From NCBI GenBank assembly GCA_041601795.1, contig JBFIHK010000002.1:1-47544 (forward strand): a DNA stretch of 47,544 bases, given 5' to 3'. Below are positions 24,056-31,092 of the stretch, one piece after another (positions within the stretch are counted from its first letter, which is position 1; each line of letters opens with the position of its first letter). The translations under genes and the position numbers were made by a program. A model generated the notes under the pieces. It saw nothing but the letters and a program-made list of their open reading frames with translations. It was not told where the DNA came from and searched no databases. The stretch is from Minisyncoccia bacterium. Its GTDB lineage: Bacteria; Patescibacteriota; Minisyncoccia; Phycocordibacterales; XYD1-FULL-46-19.

Positions 24056-24120
24056 AACCAGTTTGTGGTAGTAATAAGTCTAGATTCTTTCACAATTAAA
24101 CACTAGAGGAGAAATAGGTT

Positions 24121-24786
24121 ATGTCTGATAATGGAGAACTGAAAAGCAAAATTAGAAGACTTAGTGTTGAAGCTTCTAATGCAAGCTCTTTGTCTTTTGA
24201 GGATCGTTACATCCAAGATTTGGAGGAAGCTAAAACAATAGTTGAAGCCATTCGTGTAGGAGGGTGTCGAATTGTGCTTACTTCAGGAACCTTTGATTTG
24301 GTGCATATAGGGCATGCTCGGTATGTATCTGAAGCTAAGAGAAGCGGCGATTTTTTGGTTGTTGGTGTCGACGATGACAAGAAAGCTAGAGGTCGCAAGG
24401 GCGAAAATAGACCCGTAGTGCCTGAGCTGGAAAGAGTCGAGATGTTGACTCATTTGCGTTGGGTGGACCTGGTTGTCCTCAAACGGCATGACGAGGAAAA
24501 ATGGGGTCTAATTAAACTGTTAGTCCCCGATGTTTTAATTATCGTTGAGGGGACTTATAAGCAGGAAGAAATCGATCAATTGGAGCGGTTTGTAGGTGAA
24601 GTCGTAGTTCTACCTCGTCAGGCGGATACAAGTACTAGTGCCAACGTCAGAAAAATGATGCTTGGCGGAGCGGATGATATGGTTAGACGCATTTTAGAAA
24701 TCTTACCTGTTAAACTGGCTGAACTGTTGAATGAACATGTTTCAAGTATTGTTCGTTCTACGTACGACGCCATGAAAAAGGATTGA
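24121..24786 (+). CDS. Cytidylyltransferase-superfamily nucleotidyltransferase, RfaE domain II / TagD-like
   Basis: IVLTSGTFDLVHIGHARYVSEAK...LVVGVDDD...RPVVPELERVEML...STSANVRKM parallels the HldE C-terminal adenylyltransferase (HxGH and ISSTxxR-like motifs). Confidence 0.75.
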   Translation: MSDNGELKSKIRRLSVEASNASSLSFEDRYIQDLEEAKTIVEAIRVGGCRIVLTSGTFDLVHIGHARYVSEAKRSGDFLVVGVDDDKKARGRKGENRPVVPELERVEMLTHLRWVDLVVLKRHDEEKWGLIKLLVPDVLIIVEGTYKQEEIDQLERFVGEVVVLPRQADTSTSANVRKMMLGGADDMVRRILEILPVKLAELLNEHVSSIVRSTYDAMKKD

Positions 24787-24790
24787 CCCC

Positions 24791-25642
24791 ATGACGAAAA
24801 AAAGAGTGGTTGTAGTGTATGTGCCAGTGATTCATCAAGGGTACATTAATTTTATTCGAAGTATGGAGGATAAAATAGAAGAAGTCTTACTTTTAGGGTC
24901 AGAAATCATAAGCATTTTCGACCATTTGGCTCGAAAAGATCTTAGAGCTATTGATCCGTTTTTGGCTCTTTTGACTCTGAAAGAATGTGGTTTTTCTATT
25001 CCAATTAGTTTGTGTACAAAGTCTACTCTACTTAGCATTGCCAACAATAAGATGGTGCAAGTAATAATGCCCGACGAACATGAGTGTCGTGAGGTGGCGA
25101 AAATGTTTGCGTTAACTGATGTTGAGTATGAAAAAGTTTTTCTGCGTTGGCATCAAGGTAACATTTTGGCTCAAAACAAAGTGATACCAGATGAGAAAAT
25201 TGCTATAGACGATTTTAATCAACAAATGATGATGTCAGTGGCTAAAATTCAATCCGAAAAAAGTCTTGATTGGTGGCGTCAGGTGGGTGCTGTATTGGTT
25301 CGAGGCGAAGAGATTGTTTTGAGTACATACAACCAACACGTACCAGATGAACGTATTCCGTATGTTGTGGGTGATCCTAGGGCGTGTTTCAAGAAAGGAT
25401 TAACTATAGAACTGTCGACAGCGGTGCATGCTGAAGCCGGATTAATTGCCGAAGCAGCTAGACGAGGAATATGTACAGAAGGGTGCTCTCTCTACGTCAC
25501 TACATTTCCTTGTCCTCCTTGTGCAAAGTTGGTAGCCTATTCTGGTGTTAAAAAAGTTTACTTCCAGGATGGTTATTCAATGCTTGATGGTGAAAACATT
25601 CTTCGTCATCAGGGTGTGGAAATAGTACAAGTTTTGAGCTGA
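24791..25642 (+). CDS. dCMP deaminase (ComEB-type) with about 150-aa N-terminal extension
   Basis: C-terminal HAEAGLI...TTFPCPPCAKL zinc-binding deaminase motifs. The N-terminal VVVVYVPVIHQGYINFI resembles a degenerate HxGH nucleotidyltransferase start. Confidence 0.8.
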   Translation: MTKKRVVVVYVPVIHQGYINFIRSMEDKIEEVLLLGSEIISIFDHLARKDLRAIDPFLALLTLKECGFSIPISLCTKSTLLSIANNKMVQVIMPDEHECREVAKMFALTDVEYEKVFLRWHQGNILAQNKVIPDEKIAIDDFNQQMMMSVAKIQSEKSLDWWRQVGAVLVRGEEIVLSTYNQHVPDERIPYVVGDPRACFKKGLTIELSTAVHAEAGLIAEAARRGICTEGCSLYVTTFPCPPCAKLVAYSGVKKVYFQDGYSMLDGENILRHQGVEIVQVLS

Positions 25643-25665
25643 CCCTTTTAGGGTCAGCTTTTTTT
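25638..25665 (+). terminator. Intrinsic terminator
   Basis: gctgaccc-tttta-gggtcagc followed by T7. Confidence 0.85.
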
Positions 25666-25666
25666 A

Positions 25667-25697
25667 TATAAAAACCCGGTAACTTGCGTTACCGGGG
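25667..25697 (-). terminator. Intrinsic terminator for the convergent folA-HIT/thyA unit
   Basis: cccggtaac-ttgc-gttaccggg. A T-run follows on the minus strand. Confidence 0.8.
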
Positions 25698-25724
25698 TCT
25701 TAAGGTTCTGCCTTATTTTATCCT

Positions 25725-26684
25725 TCAACCAAAACCCAATTTAACCTTGATGGGTTGACCTTCTCCATCTTCGTTTTGACCAGACAGTAAGTGAAAATGT
25801 AGGTGGGCAACAGTAGCGCCTGTTTGCTTCATATTACCAGAGCGACAAAACAATGAGTACCCAGTAAGACTATGGTCAGTGACCAATTTTTTTATTATTG
25901 ATCCTAGGTCTAACCATTCTATTTGGGAAATTTGTGTCAAATCTGTCAGGTGTCTTTTAGGTATAACAAGTAGATGGATACTGGTGCCTTTGTAGGGCCA
26001 ACCGTTATTAACTACTTGCCAGTTAGTATTTTGGGTCACAATTCCACCAGTGTGAAATCGAGGTAAATATTGAGGGCAAAACGAACAAATCCCTTTACTG
26101 GAAATAATCAACATTTTTACTAATTGATCCAGATGGCGAGCACTGTTTAGGTAAAAGGTTTCTGGTGGAGGATGGTCTTCTCGATCCCAGACTTCTAAGT
26201 TGAAATCGTGCTCATTCTTTACATCTTTAGGATGAGAAAGAGATGCTGTTTTGTGCCAAGGTGTAGTTAAGGCGACCATTTCTGGTATAAAAGTATCGCC
26301 ATTGGCTATTATGGTTTGAACCGAGGTTTTGATAATTCGACTAGCTTGAGGTAAGGCTAAGCGAAAAATATCGGCTCCTCCAATGACAAAAACATATTTG
26401 TTCGTTGTTGACTCTAAGGCTTGGTTCCATGAATTAACTACGGTAACTTGGTTGCCGTAGTTTAAACTACTTTCTCTGGTGATGACGATATTTTGTCTTT
26501 CTGGTAAAGGTCTGAATTGGGGTGGTAAGGAATTGTAAGTCTTACGTCCCATAATTACTGATTGACCTATTGTGAGTTTACGAAAGATTTCCATGTCTGC
26601 TGCTAATCGCCAAGGTATTTGGCCTTTTTTACCAATACAACCTTTAAGATCGCAAGCGACAATGAGGGTAATGAGTTTTTCCAT
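25725..26684 (-). CDS. folA: Fusion protein: dihydrofolate reductase + HIT (histidine triad) domain
   Basis: N-terminal LIVACDLKGCIGKKGQIPW...VIMGRKTYNSLP...VIGGADIF is DHFR. C-terminal CSFCP...HLLVIPKRH...HLHFHLL is a HIT domain. Confidence 0.85.
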   Translation of the reverse strand: MEKLITLIVACDLKGCIGKKGQIPWRLAADMEIFRKLTIGQSVIMGRKTYNSLPPQFRPLPERQNIVITRESSLNYGNQVTVVNSWNQALESTTNKYVFVIGGADIFRLALPQASRIIKTSVQTIIANGDTFIPEMVALTTPWHKTASLSHPKDVKNEHDFNLEVWDREDHPPPETFYLNSARHLDQLVKMLIISSKGICSFCPQYLPRFHTGGIVTQNTNWQVVNNGWPYKGTSIHLLVIPKRHLTDLTQISQIEWLDLGSIIKKLVTDHSLTGYSLFCRSGNMKQTGATVAHLHFHLLSGQNEDGEGQPIKVKLGFG

Positions 26685-26695
26685 AATCCTTCCCT

Positions 26696-27610
26696 TTAGA
26701 TGGCTACCGGAATATTTTTAATACCCGGATGCGGATAGTAGTCGGATAGAGTGAAATGTTCCCGTCTGAAATCGAACAAGTTATTGATGTCTTGATCGAG
26801 GGTCATGGTGGGAAACAGACGAGGTTTACGTTTTAAGATTGTTTCCACTGCTGGTATTTGCTTCACATAAATGTGAGCATCTGAAAAGCTGTGGCAATAA
26901 TAACCCGGGGTATAACCAAGTACTTGAGCCAAAGCCATAGTCAGGGCAGCATACTGGACAATATTAGAAGGAACTCCTATTGGTACGTCGGCGCTGCGTT
27001 GAAACATGTGTAAATCTAAACGTCCATTTATGATCCTAATATGGACCCATCCATGACAGGGGGCTACCACTACTTGCTGAACTTTTCCTGGTCTGCGAGC
27101 GATACCGTAGGGTATCCACGGGGTAACAAAATGTGTTCTCAATTGAGGATTAATCCTAATTTCGCTAATCAGGTCCTCAAATTGATTAAAGGGACCGTCC
27201 TTACTTGGAAAATCATGGAAGGCTCCCCCGTAAGAACAGGGACCGTTACTACCAGGGGGCAGATTACGTTTCTGACATTTTTTGTCAGTCAACCAGTATT
27301 TCCACCATAGACAGCCGAATTTTTCCAGCTCTTCTAGAGTGGTGGCTCCATTAATAAAAGCCAGTATTTCACCGATGGCTTGCTGCCAAATAGTGATTGG
27401 TAATTTCTCACTCGTTGCTGGGTTCAAGTTGCGCTCGGTTAACATGGGAAAACCATTTTGCAGGTTGTAGCGCAAGTTAATCGGGGGAGCAAAGAGGGTT
27501 AAAGCATATTCGTCTTGCTGGACATACACTTTTTCTCCTTTATCCAAGATAAGCCGAAGTAAATTTTGGTACTGTTCGTCGGGGGTCCTTTCTTCATATG
27601 GATTCATCAT
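26696..27610 (-). CDS. thyA: Thymidylate synthase (ThyA family), divergent N-terminal half
   Basis: APCHGW (catalytic Cys), FQRSADVPIGVPSNIVQYA (Asn retained), SDAHIY, and C-terminal YYPHPGIKNIPVAI almost identical to E. coli ThyA. Confidence 0.85.
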   Translation of the reverse strand: MMNPYEERTPDEQYQNLLRLILDKGEKVYVQQDEYALTLFAPPINLRYNLQNGFPMLTERNLNPATSEKLPITIWQQAIGEILAFINGATTLEELEKFGCLWWKYWLTDKKCQKRNLPPGSNGPCSYGGAFHDFPSKDGPFNQFEDLISEIRINPQLRTHFVTPWIPYGIARRPGKVQQVVVAPCHGWVHIRIINGRLDLHMFQRSADVPIGVPSNIVQYAALTMALAQVLGYTPGYYCHSFSDAHIYVKQIPAVETILKRKPRLFPTMTLDQDINNLFDFRREHFTLSDYYPHPGIKNIPVAI

Positions 27611-27716
27611 TATCTTACCTTTCTTTAGGGTTGAAGGGTTGGTTTTTATTTATTGTTAAGGTGTCTGGTTAAACTTCTAGCATAAAATAATAGTTTGTGC
27701 GAGTATAAGAAGTAAT

Positions 27717-28880
27717 ATGAAAGACAAACAAATAGAAAGTTTAATAAAAGATGAAAAAAAGCGTCAGCAGAAGGGGATAAATCTAATAGCATCGGAAAAC
27801 TATGTTTCAGATGATGTGTTAAAGGCTTTAGGTTCAGAACTAGTCAATAAATATGCCGAAGGTTACCCAGAAGCCCGTTATTATGGTGGTAATAGTGTGG
27901 TCGATAAAATAGAGAAGTTGTGTCAGAAAAGAGCTTTGAAGGCTTTTAAATTGTCTGAAAAAGATTGGAGTGTGAATGTGCAACCCCTGTCTGGTTCGCC
28001 GGCTAACCTTGCTGTTTATACCGCTTTAGTGCCTCAAGGGGGAAAAATTATGGGCCTTGATTTAGTCGATGGGGGGCATTTAACTCATGGCTATAAAGTT
28101 TCAGTAACTGGTAAGTTTTGGACTCAAGTGGCCTATGGAGTAGATCCAGAGACAGAAGTTTTAGATTATGAAGAGATAAAAAAAATTGCTCACCAAGAAA
28201 AACCAGCTCTGATTGTGGCTGGATTCACAGCTTATCCGCGAAAAATAGATTGGCAGAAATTTAGAGCTATCGCAGATAGCAGTGGAGCAATTTTAATGGT
28301 GGATATGTCGCATGTGGCAGGACTTATAGCAGGTGGAGTTTATCCCACGCCTTTCTCTTATGCTGATGTAGTGACCACCACAGTTCATAAAACCTTACGG
28401 GGTCCTAGGGCAGCGATGATTTTTTCCCGTCTTGAGTATGCTCAAAAAATAGACAAAGCTGTTTTCCCAGGTTTACAAGGTGGGCCTCATGTAAATCAAA
28501 TAGCTGCTACTGCTGTGGCTTTAGAAGAAACAATGGCGCCAGAGTTTAAAATTTATGTGGAGCAGGTGATTAGAAACGCCAATGTTCTAGCTGAAGAATT
28601 AACTAAACTTGGCTGGCGGCTGGTAACAGGTGGCACTGACTCGCATTTAATTTTAGTTGATACTTGGCTGAACGGGCAAGGTATTTCCGGCGGAGAAGCA
28701 AGTAAAAAGTTAGAACAAGCTGGTATTATTGTAAATAAAAATACTATTCCGGGGGACAAAAGAAGTCCCACTGATCCATCGGGTATTCGTTTAGGGGTGG
28801 CCGCCGAAACTACTAGAGGTAAAAAAGAAGTTGATATGGTATCTATTGCGGGGGAAATAGATCAGATTTTACGCTCTTAA
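27717..28880 (+). CDS. glyA: Serine hydroxymethyltransferase
   Basis: INLIASENY, SGSPANLAVY and the PLP-lysine motif TTTVHKTLRGPR. Confidence 0.95.
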   Translation: MKDKQIESLIKDEKKRQQKGINLIASENYVSDDVLKALGSELVNKYAEGYPEARYYGGNSVVDKIEKLCQKRALKAFKLSEKDWSVNVQPLSGSPANLAVYTALVPQGGKIMGLDLVDGGHLTHGYKVSVTGKFWTQVAYGVDPETEVLDYEEIKKIAHQEKPALIVAGFTAYPRKIDWQKFRAIADSSGAILMVDMSHVAGLIAGGVYPTPFSYADVVTTTVHKTLRGPRAAMIFSRLEYAQKIDKAVFPGLQGGPHVNQIAATAVALEETMAPEFKIYVEQVIRNANVLAEELTKLGWRLVTGGTDSHLILVDTWLNGQGISGGEASKKLEQAGIIVNKNTIPGDKRSPTDPSGIRLGVAAETTRGKKEVDMVSIAGEIDQILRS

Positions 28881-28881
28881 T

Positions 28882-29304
28882 ATGATTCTTAAAATAAAAA
28901 AATTAAATTCTTTGGCTAAAGTTCCACATTATGCACATTCAACTGATGCTGGGCTTGATTTATGTACGGTCGAAAAAAAGGTGGTGCCGGCCGGTGGGCG
29001 AGCCTCTATTTCTACAGGGCTCGCTTTTGAAATTCCAGATGGTTTTGTGGGCTTAGTATGGGATAAAAGTGGTTTAGCTTTTAAACAAGGGTTAACCTCA
29101 CTGTCGGGAGTCCTTGATTCTGGCTACCGAGGGGAACTTTTATTGTGCTTATTTAATACTACAACAGAAGATTATGTTTTTAATGTTGGTGATAAAGTCG
29201 CTCAATTATTAATTCAGCCAGTGGTTCAGGTGAAAATAGAAGAGGTTGTCACACTGACTGATTCAAGCCGAGAAGAAGGTGGTTTTGGTTCAACGGGTAA
29301 GTAA
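28882..29304 (+). CDS. dut: dUTP diphosphatase
   Basis: DAGLDL, VLDSGYRGEL and C-terminal GGFGSTG motifs. Confidence 0.92.
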   Translation: MILKIKKLNSLAKVPHYAHSTDAGLDLCTVEKKVVPAGGRASISTGLAFEIPDGFVGLVWDKSGLAFKQGLTSLSGVLDSGYRGELLLCLFNTTTEDYVFNVGDKVAQLLIQPVVQVKIEEVVTLTDSSREEGGFGSTGK

Positions 29305-29371
29305 TTAAAAAGTGGCCAAAACAGATAAATGGCTCTAGTCAAGGGTCTTTTTTGTGATATAGTGAACATAA

Positions 29372-31087
29372 ATGGTAAAAAGTAACTTAGAAAAAGCAAT
29401 TAAAGAAGAATTGCGTCATTTGGGCGTTAAAAGTCCTAAATTTGACTTAGAGCATCCACAGGATTTGGCTAGAGGTGATTATTCTACTAACGTGGCTATG
29501 GTTTACGCTAAAGTTTTAGGTCGGGACCCAATCGAGCTAGCCGGTGATATTGTTCAAAATCTAAAAGATAAAAATTTAGATTATGTGGAGAAAATCACAG
29601 TAGCTGGTTTTGGGTTTATTAATTTTTACCTTACTCCCCAATTTTTTGCTGATCAAACTAAACAAATTTTAGCCGACAAAAAATTTGGCCAGAATAGAGT
29701 TTTTAAAAAACATAAAACTATTATTGAGTATACCGATCCTAATTTATTTAAAGTTTTTCATATTGGCCATTTAATGAGTAATACTATTGGTGAAGCTTTA
29801 TCACGGTTATTGGAGTGGAATGGAGCTGAAGTCAAGCGGGCTAACTATCAAGGAGATGTTGGTATGCATGTAGCCAAAGCGGTTTATGGTATGCGTGGGA
29901 AACCTTGGACTGTTTTGAAATTAAAATTATTTGGTCGGACTAGAACTAGAGTAGAGTTTTTAGGTCAGGTTTATGCTGAGGGGGCTAAGGTTTTTGAGGA
30001 AGACAAAAAATTAGCTGAAGATATTAAAGTTATTAATAAAAAAATATATGAAGGGAGTGATAAAACTATTTCCTATTTATATCATTTAGGACGAGCGTGG
30101 AGCTTGGACTACTTTGAAACTATTTATAAACGCTTGGGGACTAAATTTGATTTTTATTTTTTTGAAAGCGAGGCTGGTCCGGTGGGGAAGAGTTTAATTG
30201 AAAAAAATCTTAAAAACCAAGTTTTTGAAAAAAGTGATGGAGCAATTGTTTATAAGGGTGAGGCCGAAGGACTGCACACTCGAGTTTTTATGAATTCTGA
30301 AGGGTTGCCTACTTATGAAGCTAAAGAATTAGGAGTAGCTAAATTGAAAGAGTCTAAATATAAGTTCACTCATTCTGTTGTTATAACCGGCAGTGAGCAA
30401 TTAGATTATTTTAAAGTGGTATTAAAAGCTATGACTTTAGTGTTGCCAGATATTGCTAAAAAAATAACTCATATTACCCATGGTTTTTTAATGTTGCCAA
30501 CAGGTAAAATGTCTTCTCGTACCGGTGATGTGGTACCAGCTGAAACCCTCCTTGCTCAAATTGAAACTAAAATAGCCGCCAAGACAGTAGATAGAAGTTG
30601 GCCGAAAAAAGAAAAAAATATTATAGTTGAACAAATAGCTATTGGAGCTTTGAAGTTTTCTATTTTAAAACAGTCTCCGGGTAAGGATATAATTTTTGAT
30701 TTTGATAAGTCTTTGTCGCTAGAGGGAGACTCAGGGCCTTATCTTCAATATACAGCTGTTAGGGCTGGGTCTATTTTAACTAAAGCTAAAGAAATGAATT
30801 TAAGTTTAAGTGAAATTAAGCCCACAGCGGATATTTTAGATTTAGAGCGAAACCTTTATCTATTACCAGAAATAATAGAGCGGGCTGGCAGAGAAAATAG
30901 CCCCCAGTTGGTGGTGACTTATTTGCTCGAATTAGCCTCCGTTTTTAATGGTTTTTATGCTTCCACTAAAGTTTTAGATGCTGATAATATTTTAACTCCT
31001 TATCATTTAGCTTTAACTAAAGCCACTAGAAGAGTGCTTAAAAATGGTTTATCTGTTTTAGGAATTAAGGTGCCAGCAAAAATGTAA
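29372..31087 (+). CDS. argS: Arginine--tRNA ligase
   Basis: HIGH-type motif FHIGHLMSN, MSSRTG, and a C-terminal DALR anticodon-binding-like region. Confidence 0.92.
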   Translation: MVKSNLEKAIKEELRHLGVKSPKFDLEHPQDLARGDYSTNVAMVYAKVLGRDPIELAGDIVQNLKDKNLDYVEKITVAGFGFINFYLTPQFFADQTKQILADKKFGQNRVFKKHKTIIEYTDPNLFKVFHIGHLMSNTIGEALSRLLEWNGAEVKRANYQGDVGMHVAKAVYGMRGKPWTVLKLKLFGRTRTRVEFLGQVYAEGAKVFEEDKKLAEDIKVINKKIYEGSDKTISYLYHLGRAWSLDYFETIYKRLGTKFDFYFFESEAGPVGKSLIEKNLKNQVFEKSDGAIVYKGEAEGLHTRVFMNSEGLPTYEAKELGVAKLKESKYKFTHSVVITGSEQLDYFKVVLKAMTLVLPDIAKKITHITHGFLMLPTGKMSSRTGDVVPAETLLAQIETKIAAKTVDRSWPKKEKNIIVEQIAIGALKFSILKQSPGKDIIFDFDKSLSLEGDSGPYLQYTAVRAGSILTKAKEMNLSLSEIKPTADILDLERNLYLLPEIIERAGRENSPQLVVTYLLELASVFNGFYASTKVLDADNILTPYHLALTKATRRVLKNGLSVLGIKVPAKM

Positions 31088-31092
31088 TATAT

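Noticed and set aside
26696-27610. Calling the ThyA homologue a dCMP or dUMP hydroxymethylase (DNA hypermodification)
   Set aside because: The pyrimidine-specifying Asn is retained (a dCMP hydroxymethylase has Asp there), and a DHFR gene is directly adjacent. That fits a reductive methylation cycle. The hydroxymethylase idea cannot be supported from sequence alone.
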